64,000 nucleotides of DNA from an uncultured Methanosarcinaceae archaeon (lineage in GTDB: Archaea; Halobacteriota; Methanosarcinia; Methanosarcinales; Methanosarcinaceae), in contig CAVSHT010000006.1 in NCBI GenBank assembly GCA_963727895.1, positions 1-64,000 of the forward strand, written 5' to 3'. The notes beneath the pieces were generated by a model. It did no database searches, was not told where the DNA came from, and saw nothing but the letters and a program-made list of their open reading frames with translations. The translations under genes and the position numbers were made by a program. Below, in pieces: positions 11,268 through 23,200 of the stretch. Numbering within the stretch: position 1 is the first letter of the stretch; every line of letters begins with the position of its first letter.

Positions 11268-12145
11268 TTATTTTATGCTGGCTTATTCATAGAACCTAAT
11301 GCTCAAAGCCTACTTTTTTTTGATTACTAATAGCTGAATTAAACAATATATAAGCGTTTCATTCTGTTCTCTATTAACTTCTTATTTATTTTTTTCTGAC
11401 ATATGTACTTTTATTAAAATAGTTTTTGTCCAGAATTGAACTTTTTCTTTGGTTCAAGAGTGTCTTTCTTCCATTAAATTCATGAAACCTTTTTAAAATA
11501 CTGTTACTTAAGTGATTTCATTGAATGTCCCACTAGTTTCAACCAAATTTTACAACATCCAGTATATCTTTAATTTTAATTTTCTATATCTCCTTGGGAC
11601 AGTTAGGACATCTAAGACTACAAGATGCCAATCAAGTTTATCTATATACCTAAATTTGTCCTATTCTGAACATATGAAATATATCACTAAACTATAATTT
11701 AACTTTTACCTGGAAATGTTAATGTTGAAATATTGTGGTCCAGAGTTTCGCTGAAAAAGTAAGATGATAGGTCACCGTTTGTTTTGCTCTATGAGATTGT
11801 TTCATATTGAATAATCTCAAAAGCCTCCATACAACTAAATAGAAAAACTAAATGGATATGCTCAGCAAGCTATTCCTATTCAAATCTTGACCCAATAAAC
11901 AGCATGTTAAACATTATTTGTTTCCTTATAATATAGGAAACAAAAACTTTGTACTATTCTGAAATATGTTGGCAGGTATTATATTTTAAGTATTTCTCTG
12001 TTTCAATAATAATTATATATAAGCTTTTCATACATCCAAACCGTGCCTTATTCGTATTTATTACTAATAATTCAATTTCAGGTGCATAAAAACGGAGATC
12101 TCTTTATGTATTACAATAACATTTCTAAAAATGGTGGGCTGAAGA

Positions 12146-13030
12146 GTGGTCGATGTTAAAGGCCGAATTGCTGTCTTCGACTTGATGCGAATTTTAGCAA
12201 TTATCATGATCCTTGTTAGTCATATGAATATTAACTATTCCTTCAAATTTTTATTTAACAACTCTTGGGCAGGCAATCTGTTCTATCTAAATCTTGGGAA
12301 CATCGGTGTTCTTATATTCCTGTGTATTAGTGGTGCAGCAATGGAATTTAGTAAAAAGCCTATAGACACAGGCACTAGCTATCTAATATTTATATACAGA
12401 CGCATTGTCCGATTGTATCCTGCATACTGGATGAGCCTGATATTCGCTATATTGCTTAAGCTATATACAAATAAACATACTATGGGTAACTTGTTTTGGC
12501 AGTTTTCAGGCTTTAGTGCCTTCAACTTACAATGGGGAGGTCCATTGAACGGCGTTGGTTGGTGTATAGGATTGTTTGTCTATCTGTACTTATTCTTCCC
12601 AGTAATAAGCAAAGAAATAGAAAAACGACCATTAATAGTCATACTGATACTTTTTATCGTGACAATGGGCTCAACTTACTTATTAAATAGCACTTTTCTA
12701 AATTCTAAGGCTCCATATGCGATATTTATAGCGAGATGGTTCCCACTATGCAATTTTTTTTATTTTTGCCTTGGAATTTATATTGTCAAATACAGATTAT
12801 ATCCTGAATGGCAAGATCAGACGGGTATATTATCATGGCTTGGCAAATTAACCTTTTACGTGTTTCTATTCCATTACCCTATCTTAAACATATCAGGAAC
12901 TGCTGGAAAGCTAACATACCTGGCTGTTGTGATTTTAATATCAATTGCTGCTATGACTATTGATGAGAAAATACAAAAATCGCTTAAAGGCATAAGTTTA
13001 CCTTATAATTTTCATAGCGGATCCTGTTAA
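12146..13030 (+). CDS. Acyltransferase family 3 (OafA/YrhL-like) membrane protein
   Basis: FDLMRILAIIMILVSH, GV.IFLCISG, RRIVRLYPAYW, LGKLTFYVFLFHYP. Confidence 0.9.
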   Translation: MVDVKGRIAVFDLMRILAIIMILVSHMNINYSFKFLFNNSWAGNLFYLNLGNIGVLIFLCISGAAMEFSKKPIDTGTSYLIFIYRRIVRLYPAYWMSLIFAILLKLYTNKHTMGNLFWQFSGFSAFNLQWGGPLNGVGWCIGLFVYLYLFFPVISKEIEKRPLIVILILFIVTMGSTYLLNSTFLNSKAPYAIFIARWFPLCNFFYFCLGIYIVKYRLYPEWQDQTGILSWLGKLTFYVFLFHYPILNISGTAGKLTYLAVVILISIAAMTIDEKIQKSLKGISLPYNFHSGSC

Positions 13031-13430
13031 AGTAACAGTAAGTTTTTCTTTTTTATGAGATGAACTTGATATAGGTTGTTGAAATAGTTCATCTCCAAAA
13101 TCCCTTTATAGTCATGTTTTAACCATTGACTCTTTTTTGATCTCTCTAGATCATAAATGAAAATTAATAAATCTCTTTTTCAATTTTATCAAAACCAAGT
13201 TGAAGATTTAGAGCAATGGCTTTTAGAGACAAAATATATTTCAAAATACGATGTTACCCTAATCTTTCTGTAAAACAATGATCCACAAAATCCAAAACTA
13301 ACTTCTTGTTTCTCTCAGAAACCTATGCAATCTTAATGATTCCAATCTTTTTTGAAGACTAAAATTAGATGCCCACTTCCACGGTATTACTCCTTTAATC
13401 GCAAAAGTAGGCTTTGAAATAAAAACGATA

Positions 13431-13504
13431 AGCCCCGTGCGTGATTTGAACACGCGACCTAGTGATTACAAGTCACTCGCTCTACCGGGCTGAGCCAACG
13501 AGGC
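13431..13504 (-). tRNA. tRNA-Thr (anticodon UGU)
   Basis: Minus strand GCCTCGT TGGCTCAGCCCGGTAGAGC G AGTGA CTTGTAA TCACT AGGTC GCGTG TTCAAAT CACGC ACGGGGC T forms a full cloverleaf; no encoded CCA. Confidence 0.97.
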
Positions 13505-13682
13505 AAATTAAAACTGACTGCGACTTACCTAAATACAATACTCACAGATAAACTTTATGGCAGGTTTCTTTTTTTAGAAACTAGCTGCCTTACTTTTTCA
13601 CACCATCTTACATATTTTTTTCAAAGTTATCTGGTTATAGTACATAAACTTTATGGAATCCTTTGTCTATATATCGCTTAAA

Positions 13683-14254
13683 ATGTGGCAGGAAATCGCA
13701 AAATATGGGCGCAAGCTGGTTGAACATGGGCTTGTCGAATCAAACTTTGGAAATATCAGCATCAGGGCTGGTGACAAGATGCTTATTACCCGGACAGGGA
13801 CTGCGCTTGATGAAATCACAGAAAATAATGTTGTTGAAGTTAACATTCAGGACACCTCTTCTCTGGATATAATTGCATCTTCCGAAACCGTTGTACACAG
13901 GGAGATTTACAGGCAGACTTCAGCGCTTGCAATTCATTCATGCCCATTCTCCATATGCGGTTGTTGAGTCCCTACTTGCAGGTCCTGAAGGGAAAATTGT
14001 CACCTGTAGACAGCGAAGGGCAGTATTTCCTTGGGGATATTCCAGTGGTCGGAGGAGGAATAGGCAGCTGTGAGCTTGCAGAAAATCTTGCAAATTCACT
14101 CTCAAGGCATAGAGGTGCTATAGTCTACAGTCATGGAACTTTTGCAATTGGGAGAACGCTTGGAGATGCATATATCGTAACCACGCAGCTTGAGCATTCC
14201 TGTAAAGTTAAGTATTTGTACGAGTGTGCGATAGCAGGAAGGGAAAATAAGTAA
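13683..14254 (+). CDS. Class II aldolase/adducin-family protein (two apparent frameshifts, ~13935 and ~14000)
   Basis: GNISIR, SSET.VHREIY, IHAHSPYA, HGTFAIG motifs spread across three frames. Confidence 0.85.
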
Positions 14255-14528
14255 AATAAATGTTTACTTTTTCCATCTATGCAGACACTCGTTTATTTGA
14301 TCCTTATTTCTTGCTATTACCATGTAACAGCTCGAGAGAACATAAATACCTTATCTGTTGAATGGGTGTGATCATACAGCCTTAAGTATAAATATAAAAA
14401 ACAGGTAAACACAGAAACGACATTATAAATAAGCAAATCCAAACCGAGATATCGAACAAGACAAAGGTGCCTTTTTCTGGGCGGCTTATCTATTATGGAT
14501 ATCACCTAAAGGAAAAATCTCGAGTACC

Positions 14529-15141
14529 ATGACATTTAATACCCTGAGACCTTTTGCCTCAAAAGTTATCGAACCTCTGGCAGACTTTTTCGTCAAGATA
14601 TGAGGTCTCACCTGATACAGTTTCCATAGCTTCCCTTATCTGTGCATTTTTTGCAGGGCTCAGTTTTTATTATTCGCCGGCATCCAGGGAATTTATTCTG
14701 CTGGCAGGTATCCTGGTAGTACTTAACTCGATTTTTGATGCACTTGACGGCGTTATTGCACGAAAATCAAATAGAGCCACCCCAAGGGGTGATTTTTTGG
14801 ATCACGTTATTGATCGTTATTCGGATGTTTTTATTATATGCAGCATTTTTTTTGCAGATTATGTTTCCTGGCAGATTGGGGTTGCGGCAATTGTAGGTGT
14901 GTTGCTTACCAGTTATCTAGGAACTCAGGCTCAAGCGCTCAATCTGGGGAGATACTATGGAGGTGTAATGGGTAGGGCTGATCGGCTTGTGGTTATAATT
15001 CTCGCAGCTTTTGGTAACTTTGTTTTCCCAATGTCAATTGTAGGTTTTTCAATTTTAGGCTGGGCTATCATTTTAATTGCTATAACCAGCCATATTACAG
15101 CAGTCCAGAGGATTCTTTATATCTGGGAGAACTTGGAATGA
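14529..15141 (+). CDS. CDP-alcohol phosphatidyltransferase (archaetidylinositol-phosphate synthase-like); apparent frameshift ~14595
   Basis: DALDGVIAR...GDFLDHVIDRYSD signature; the N-terminus MTFNTLRPFASKVIEPLADFF is in another frame. Confidence 0.88.
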
Positions 15142-15266
15142 TCGCACTCTCCTCTTTTTAATAATTTACACAATTTATTCTCTATTAGTTAGGGATATTC
15201 TTTAACTAAATACAAGGGGTTTCTACAGCAAATAGATTAATGTAACACAAAACTCAATACCTGACT

Positions 15267-15710
15267 ATGTCATCTCAAGCAAAACAGTATGAGTATCTGG
15301 ATCACACTGCAGATATCAAGTTTCTGGCTTATGGAAAAACTCTTGAAGAAGCATTTGAAAATTCGGCTCTTGCTATGTTTAATGTTATTATTGATACCAA
15401 AAAAGTCTCGGGAAATATCGAAAGAGCAAATTTTTCTTAAATCTCCTGATCTGGAATCCCTGCTTGTGGACTGGCTTTCCGAACTTCTATATCTCTTTGA
15501 GGTTGATGAAATTGTTTTCAGAAAGTTTCGGGTTGAGAAGATTCAAGGAAGAAGAAGGTGAATACTCAATAACAGCTCAGGCACTGGGTGAAAAATATTA
15601 TCCTGATAGCCACCCATTTGAGACTGAAATCAAGGCTGTTACTTATAACCAGTTGGAAATAAAGAAAACTATCGACGGCTGGAAGGACTCAGGTCGTTGT
15701 GGACATTTAA
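15267..15710 (+). CDS. Archease (about three apparent frameshifts)
   Basis: YEYLDHTADIKF.AYGKTLEEAF, LLVDWLSELLY, EIKAVTY, terminal VVDI*; adjacent to rtcB. Confidence 0.88.
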
Positions 15711-16064
15711 GGAAAAAGAACATTTTTCTCTATCTTGTTACTGGTCTTTTTCATCTCTTACTTTCTTGCACCAAGCATATCTTCATGTATATGAATTATT
15801 ATCCTATCTTGCAATATAATACTCAAGTTTATCCCATATTGGGGTATCTAGTCCTGAGCTGATTCAGTTATATTTATATCGACTTTGTTATTTCAACTAA
15901 TCTTATTTCAGGTGTTTCCATGATTCATTGTGACTTTAATCCAGCCTGATAAAATGTATCTTGATTGTGTTTCCAAAGCAATTTACAGGACCTTCGGGAA
16001 ACGTAGGTAGATTAGTAGTTTCACAGTTATATCTATAAAGCATAAAGGGTAGGGAACATCAATC

Positions 16065-17567
16065 ATGGTAGAGAGTGAAGATACATCTATTGAGGAATTA
16101 AGCACGGAAAATGTACAGGGGGATGTAAAGAGTATGGTTAGGAAACTTTCCGATAATGACTGGGAAATTCCTATCGGTCATATCCCCAATATGCGGGTTC
16201 CAGGTCGCTTGTTCGTGTCCGAAAATTTACTTGGAGGCATCGATCCCGGAACTATTGACCAGATTGCAAATGTAGCAACCCTTCCTGGCATTCAAAAGTA
16301 TTCAATGGCAATGCCTGATGCACATCTTGGTTATGGTTTTGCTATAGGAGGTGTTGCAGCTTTTGATGTGGAAGAAGGCGTTATCAGTCCAGGTGGAGTT
16401 GGCTTTGATATCAACTGTGGTGTCAGGCTTATTCGTACCAATCTTCAGAAAGAAGAGGTCGTTCCGAACATTAAAAGGTTAACTGATGAGCTTTTCCATA
16501 ATGTGCCTGCAGGTGTAGGTTCCAAAAGCCGATTTAGAGCATCTGATCAGGAACTGGATAATGTCTTTATTGATGGTGCCAGATGGGCTGTAGAGGCTGG
16601 ATATGGCGTGGAAGCTGATGTTGAACATTGTGAAGCAAGCGGCTGTATGGAAGGTGCGGATCCTTCCCATGTAAGCACAAAAGCCAGAAATAGGGGGAAA
16701 CCTCAGTTAGGAACTCTTGGAAGCGGCAACCATTTCCTTGAGGTTCAGTATGTTGATAAAATCTATGATCAGGAAATGGCTTCAACTTTTGGGCTTGAGG
16801 AAGGTCAGGTAACAGTGATGGTTCACTGTGGTTCCAGAGGAGCAGGTCATCAGATATGTACTGATCACCTAAAAGAACTCTCTCAGGCTGTAAAAAACTA
16901 TAACATTGAAATTCCGGACAAACAGCTCGCCTGTGCTCCTGCTCAATCAAAGGAAGCTCAGAACTACTTCAAGGCTATGATCTGTGCTGCAAACTATGCG
17001 TGGGCAAACCGTCAGATTATTACTCACTGGACAAGGGAATCATTTGAAAATGTATTTGGTAGGGATTCTGATGATCTGGGCATGGACTTGCTTTATGATG
17101 TTGCTCACAACGTGGCAAAACTTGAAAAACACGTTGTAGACGGCAAGAAAAAAGAGGTGTATGTTCATAGGAAAGGGGCAACAAGAGCTTTTCCAGCAGG
17201 GCATCCTGAGGTTCCGGCCGTGTATAGGGATGTAGGGCAACCTGTTTTGATTCCTGGAAGCATGGGAACTCCTTCATTCATACTATGCGGATCACAGAAC
17301 TCTATGGATATTTCTTTCGGCAGTGCTTGCCATGGGGCTGGAAGGGTGATGAGCAGGGCCCATGCAAAGAAAGAATTCCGTGGACAGAGCATAAAAGAAA
17401 ACCTTGAAGCTCATGGTATCACAGTAAGAGCCACGCATCCCTCAGTAATTGCAGAGGAAGCTCCAGGCGTATATAAATCCAGCAGCGAAGTAGTAAATGT
17501 TGTTCACGAGCTAGGAATTGCCCGTAAGGTAGCAAGAGTACTTCCCATGGGGGTTGCAAAAGGTTAA
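16065..17567 (+). CDS. rtcB: RtcB tRNA-splicing RNA ligase
   Basis: MPDAHLGYGFAIGG, GFDINCG, GTLGSGNHF, HRKGAT, SACHGAGR motifs. Confidence 0.98.
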   Translation: MVESEDTSIEELSTENVQGDVKSMVRKLSDNDWEIPIGHIPNMRVPGRLFVSENLLGGIDPGTIDQIANVATLPGIQKYSMAMPDAHLGYGFAIGGVAAFDVEEGVISPGGVGFDINCGVRLIRTNLQKEEVVPNIKRLTDELFHNVPAGVGSKSRFRASDQELDNVFIDGARWAVEAGYGVEADVEHCEASGCMEGADPSHVSTKARNRGKPQLGTLGSGNHFLEVQYVDKIYDQEMASTFGLEEGQVTVMVHCGSRGAGHQICTDHLKELSQAVKNYNIEIPDKQLACAPAQSKEAQNYFKAMICAANYAWANRQIITHWTRESFENVFGRDSDDLGMDLLYDVAHNVAKLEKHVVDGKKKEVYVHRKGATRAFPAGHPEVPAVYRDVGQPVLIPGSMGTPSFILCGSQNSMDISFGSACHGAGRVMSRAHAKKEFRGQSIKENLEAHGITVRATHPSVIAEEAPGVYKSSSEVVNVVHELGIARKVARVLPMGVAKG

Positions 17568-17685
17568 GTTGGATGATAAAAATAGCCAGTCATTGAATTA
17601 TAGGTGTTACGATCAAGGATTTTATGAGAACTTTAGCTTGCAAGTTTAAGTTCTTAACCTTTTATTTTTCAATTTTTTCTTTAGG

Positions 17686-18798
17686 TTATTCGTGCTCTTT
17701 TGTTTCTTCCATTATATATAATTTTGAATTTTTAGGTTCTTGTTTTTGTGAAAATCGGAATTCTATTATGCTTGAATATGAAAACGTCTCAAAAGGAGTG
17801 CCATTTTCTCTAAATATATTAGAGAAATATTCAACAAGGTTATGAATGATTTTTTCATCTTTAAAGTCATGGAAAATGGTTATTGACTCTTTTCCGGGGT
17901 CCAGGGATATTTCTATATTTTTGACAAGTTGAGTTGCAAGGTATGTTTTTCTAAAATGAACCAGTAACTCCGGAATGGTCATATCACCTACCGACTGCTT
18001 ACACATGCGTTCAAATATTTTTGTTGGGTTTGGGATTTCTCCGTTTGCAAAAACTTCAAATTGGCTTCTATGTATAGTTACAAGATTGAATCTCTCAGTA
18101 TTATAAGTATACATTAACTGAGTCCAGAATTCTGTATTCTCGTCAAGTTCTTTCCATAAAATATCAAAACATCCAAAATACTTGCAAAGTCCAGGCATAG
18201 TCTCTTTAGAGGAAATGGATGTATTCTTTCTAAATGAAATTTGAGTTGAGTTTGATCTCCTAAATACGTTTTCAACATCAAGCTGTTTCCATCTGGATAG
18301 GAAATGAGCTACCAATTGGGAAAAAAAGTCTCTGCTATGTACTGTAGCGTTTGAAATAATTACCATTGCAGTTTCAGGATTGTTAATATCTTCACACTTT
18401 ATTAAAGTTTGAATTGTCCATTGATAACTTTTGGAAACCTTATTCAGGTAATCCTCGAGTTGTTTCATATCCTGAATCTCAAATGGGTTGATAAGCTCGT
18501 TAACAAGCTCTTCATCAGTAAGCCTGCCCCTGGCACATTTTAACAACCATTCAAGCATCGTTTTGTTTATAACGATATTTTCTCCTTTCTGGATAGTATC
18601 TTTTAACTCTTCTTTTGCAGGAGCTTCTCTTAAAAATTTGATTGCTTCATCAATATTTTTGTAATTAATCAGAGCTGTGTCCGCAATTTCAATTGTATCT
18701 CTTACTGCAGCACTTAAATTTCCATTATTGATCTCCAGAATGGGCTGTAACTTTTTCAGATATTTATCGTCCAGGGATATGTTCTTTCTGATCAGCAT
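17686..18798 (-). CDS. Hypothetical protein (possible N-terminal ribbon-helix-helix)
   Basis: 370-aa ORF; N-terminus IRKNISLDD..L.....GNLSAAVRD resembles the RHH pattern. Confidence 0.75.
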   Translation of the reverse strand: MLIRKNISLDDKYLKKLQPILEINNGNLSAAVRDTIEIADTALINYKNIDEAIKFLREAPAKEELKDTIQKGENIVINKTMLEWLLKCARGRLTDEELVNELINPFEIQDMKQLEDYLNKVSKSYQWTIQTLIKCEDINNPETAMVIISNATVHSRDFFSQLVAHFLSRWKQLDVENVFRRSNSTQISFRKNTSISSKETMPGLCKYFGCFDILWKELDENTEFWTQLMYTYNTERFNLVTIHRSQFEVFANGEIPNPTKIFERMCKQSVGDMTIPELLVHFRKTYLATQLVKNIEISLDPGKESITIFHDFKDEKIIHNLVEYFSNIFRENGTPFETFSYSSIIEFRFSQKQEPKNSKLYIMEETKEHE

Positions 18799-19810
18799 AT
18801 TTTCACTCGATACTCTCCGGTTTTCTGATTCTTTATGCTATGATCTGTTTTAATGTCGGTATCTAAGGGACTCTTTATAGCTTCCGGTTTTAATGTTTTA
18901 AAAAATGTTTTTATAGCGAAAAACTTTAAGAATATTGTACATTTTTTACTTAGAAATCTTCTTATGATACTGGTAAGTGCTACCAAATATTAAATTTTTC
19001 TATTTAGTACTATTACCTGACAATTTGAGTTAATAGACACTCATTGAGCTCTAAAGCTCTAAACTAGAGTATTGAAACTATTGTACAATATTGTTTAGAT
19101 GAGCTTATAAATTCCTTTAATTTGTTTTTATGTGTATTTTTGCATATTTCCTTGCCTTTTTATTCTACCTTTTTATTCTAATTAGGTCTATGTTGTAGCG
19201 TTAAACAAAAATCTTAACAAATTATCTAAAATGGATTACATTAATTCACAACTCTTTATATCTATATGTTAAAACAGTGTGATATATGTAAATTAAAAAG
19301 CTAAGATATAAATCGGACTGTATAACCTGGAAGATCGCCTTATTGATTTTACTCTATCCTTACAGTTTGTTTAATCTTTGATTGCCTACTCTAGTTCAAT
19401 TGGAGGATATCAATAACCTACTTTAGTTCAATTGAAGACCCTCAATTGGTATTTTTAAGAACTGTAAGTTTGGGAATATATTGTATATTTCCTGTTTGTG
19501 TTCAGGATAAAAAAATCACATATTTTACAATTTTCCTAATAACTCATGATCTTCAGAAGCAATAACAGTCCCAAAAGCGAGTTTGGGAGTGGACTAAATA
19601 CTTGGCAGGTTCATACACGATTGTTCAACCAGCCATGTATTTTTTCTCCTGATAACTCAGATTCTTATAGTTTTCTTCTTTTTTTAGTTTACCTAATGTC
19701 ATATTTTTCGGGTCACTGGTATAGTACTTTTTTTAGTTTATTAGCTAGAATTTCTTAAGTTAAAAACAAAGTTTACCAGAAAAGTATAGACAGAATATGA
19801 ATAAATATTT

Positions 19811-20550
19811 GGCTTTGATAATTAACTATAGTTAGTTATTATGAGAACCTATATTTCTTCATGAACTGCCCAAAATGTAATAGTTCCAGTCACAAAAATA
19901 ATGGTATGGTTGGTGGGCGTCAACTCTACAAATGCTCTGATTGTGGCTATAACTATACAGTAGAGCTAAAATCAACTGCTTTTTCTGCTTCTGTAAAAAG
20001 ACAGGCTTTACAACTCTATCTTGAAGGATTGGGCTTTCGTTCAATAGGAAGAGTTTTAGGGGTAAGTCATGTTTCTGTCCAAAGATGGATAAAGAAATTT
20101 GGTAAGGAGTTAGAGGCTCTAAAAAGTGAAAGTGAGATATCTATTGTTGAAATGGATGAAATGCACACTTACATCGGTAACAAAAAAAATATTGCTGGAT
20201 CTGGATTGCTGTTGATAGAGTTGGGAAAAAGTTCATCAACTGCTCTTTTGGTAGCAGAGGAATGGAAACTGGAAAACTACTCTGGGAAAAATTGAAGAAA
20301 AAAGAGATTGGAGAAGTGATGACCGATCACTGGAGAGCATATGCAGAGTTTCTTCCAGAAAAGATCCATACTCAATCCAAAGCAGAAACGTATACTGTTG
20401 AAGGATATAACAGCATATTGAGGCACTTTCTGGCAAGGTTGAGAAGAAAGACAAAGTGTTATACAAAAAGTCTTGAAATGCTAAAGTACTCGGTTATTCT
20501 ATTGATGAAATACAGAAATAAAGAACCAGATATATTTAATTACCAATACC
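19811..20550 (+). mobile_element. IS1-family element (740 bp), InsA/InsB joined by -1 frameshift at A8 (20182-20189)
   Basis: Ends GGCTTTGATAA / TTACCAATACC; MNCPKC..YKCSDC zinc finger, HTH, MDEMHTY, TDHW, VEGYNS. Confidence 0.93.
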
Positions 20551-20959
20551 TTATATTTTATTACCTAAGTTTGACAGTATTCACTAATTGATATTGAAAA
20601 TCTACTATTTTTAGCTCAATTTGATTTGACAAAAACTCATGAATCCATAAAATTTTGTTATATCTTCTACGTAATAGTGCCCATTTTTGTTACAATTAAG
20701 CTATTGATCTTATCAAAATTAGCAAAAATATAATTTCTGATTCCTTTTTTCACGAATTTTATTGTAAGTGTCAAATTCTTGTTTGATTTAAGGCAAAAAA
20801 ATCCTTCTCTTCCATTAATTATGGAACTTTTCAGGAGTTCTATTGCTTCTTGCTCACTAAGCTCTTCGAGCTTACCCCTAAAACGCACATGCTTTTCTTC
20901 GAATAACAAGCACAACTAATGAAAGTACTCTCCGTTCTTTTTTTGGACTATTAAGCCCT

Positions 20960-21105
20960 CATTACCTTGGGCAGTAAGGTTGTCTCGATTTTGGTTTTTC
21001 AAAACCGTCCTAAAACTAATCAGTGAATTGCCATCGAAGGCTCAAGTGTGACTTTGATCACGGATGCTAAATTGGTCTTTTAGGCAATTCCACTGCCCAA
21101 ATAAA
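20960..21105 (+). ncRNA. Candidate IS110 bridge RNA
   Basis: Outer stem TTGGGCAGT/ACTGCCCAA encloses two hairpins with internal loops whose sequences match the target site and the element's right end. Boundaries approximate. Confidence 0.7.
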
Positions 21106-22504
21106 TTTGGCGATCTAATTTGATTGAGGTCATAAACAAAGCTTGTGGTTTAGACATTCACAAACTCTTTTTCATTGCTACAATTCTCAGTATATCTGGT
21201 GAAAAACAACAGCAACGTTTCAACAGAGATGATGAAGGAATTTTAGCCCTTAAAAATTGGGTAATATCAGAAAAATGTGATGTTGTTGCATGTGAATCAA
21301 CCAGCGACTTTTGGGTTCCGATTCATGATTCATTGGTAAAGCATCTAACTGTGATAGTTGGAAATGCGCGAGATATGAAGGTATTTACCCATACAAAAAC
21401 ATATAAGATTGACTCAGAAGTCATTGCACAACTTGCACTTAATAATATGATTCAGCCATCAAGAGTTTTTCCAAAGGATCATATAGATTTTAGATCATAT
21501 GTTCTACTTCGGTTAACACTTGTACAAAAAAGAACAGATTTAAAAAATAAAGCTCACTCAATTCTTGCATCTGAAATTCAATTTTTGCATCTGAAATGCT
21601 ACACCTGAATAATGTGCTGACAGACGTTTTTGGCAAGAATGGCAGAATGATCTTATTAGGAATCTCTTCAGGTAAGAGTGTTGATCAGATTATTGCAAGC
21701 CTCTCTCCAAATGTTCGGAAAAAAGCTGCTCAGATAAGAGAAATTCTTGATCGAGAAATTTCTCAAAGTGCTGCATTCAGACTTCAGATCTGTCTGAAAC
21801 TCATAAAAAGTCTTGATGATGAACTCGAAGCTTTAGAAACAGAAATTTTCAATTATGCTTCTCGAAATCATAAGCGAGAAATGGAGATTTTAATGTCAGT
21901 TCCAGGTATAGGGAAACTTGGTGCGGCAATTTTACTTGCTGAAATAGGCAACTTTAAGGATTTTTCTTCTGGAAATAAGCTTGCTTCTTGGCTTGGTCTA
22001 GTTCCTAATGTGTATCAATCTGCAGATAAATACTATAACGGCAGAATCACAAAGAGGGGATCAAAAGTAGCAAGGTGGATTCTGACACAGATTGCTCAAG
22101 CAGCAGCAAGAAAGAAGAATAGCAGGTTAAAAGAGTTTTTTAACAGAAAAAAGAAGTTGATTGGACATGCTGTCAATGCCGGTGAATAATTCCTCATTTT
22201 AGCCGGATTTAAATTCCCTAATTTCCAATCCTCAAGAAAAGCTTGAGGATCGTAAATAATGCTGAAAATGGAGGAATGGCTATTGATACGAGATTTGTAT
22301 TCACAAGGCTTTAGCATCAGTGAAATCACCAGAAAAACAGGCTTTGACAGGAAAACTGTAAAGAAATATATTCGGCTGAAAACCTTGCCCGAACCCCAGA
22401 AACGTTCTGGAAGAAAGAGCAAGCTTGATCCTTTCAAACCTTATATTCTTGAAAACTTAAAGAAGGTCCCTATACTGCTGCTCGCCTATTTCGTGAAATA
22501 AAAG

Positions 22505-23200
22505 GGTATTGCTAACTAAACATAGTTAACTCTTTATTTCTGTATTTCATCAATAGAATAACCGAGTACTTTAGCATTTCAAGACTCTTCGTATAACACT
22601 TTGTCTTTCTTCTCAATCTTGCTAGAAAGTGCCTCAATATGCTGTTATATCCTTCAACAGTATACGTTTCTGCTTTGGATTGAGTATGAATCGTTTCAGG
22701 AAGAAACTCTGCATATGTTCTCCAGTAATCTGTCATCACTTCTCCAATCTCTTTTTTCTTCAATTTTTCCCAGAGTAGTTTTCCAGTTTCTGTTCCTCTG
22801 TTACCAAAAGGATCCATCAATATTTTTTTGTTACAGATGTAAGTATTCATCTCATCCATTTCAACAATAGATATCTCATTTTCACTTTTTAGGTCCTCTC
22901 ACTCTTGACCAAATTTCTTTATCCATTTTTGGACAGAAACATGACTCACCCCTAAAACTCTTCCTATTGAACGAAAGCCCAATACTTCAAGGTAAAGTTG
23001 TAAAGCCTGTCTTTTTACAGAAGCGGAAAAAGCAGTTGATTTTAGCTCTACTGTATAGTTATAGCCACAATCAGAGCATTTGTACCGTTGACGCCCACCA
23101 ACTATACCATTATTTTTGTGACTGGAACTATTACATTTTGGGCAGTTCATGAAGAAATATATGTTATAAGCATATACATCTATTTTTGTTTACCAATACC
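22505..23200 (-). mobile_element. Defective IS1 (696 bp) inside istA
   Basis: TIRs GGTATTG(C/G)TAA; 8-bp TSD AATAAAAG at 22497-22504 and 23201-23208; premature TGA and a 43-bp internal deletion relative to the other copies. Confidence 0.95.

Noticed and set aside
15711..16064. Small gene or RNA between archease and rtcB
   Set aside because: No convincing ORF or stem; the ORF running to 15862 is frameshift run-on from archease.
19385..19439. Two ~23-bp imperfect direct repeats (CCTACTyTAGTTCAATTG)
   Set aside because: Only two units with no associated feature.
19803..20558. TSDs for the IS1 copies at 19811 and 61181
   Set aside because: Flanks match only partly (AAATATTT/TTATATTT; ATTTATTT/ATTTGCAT); not claimed.
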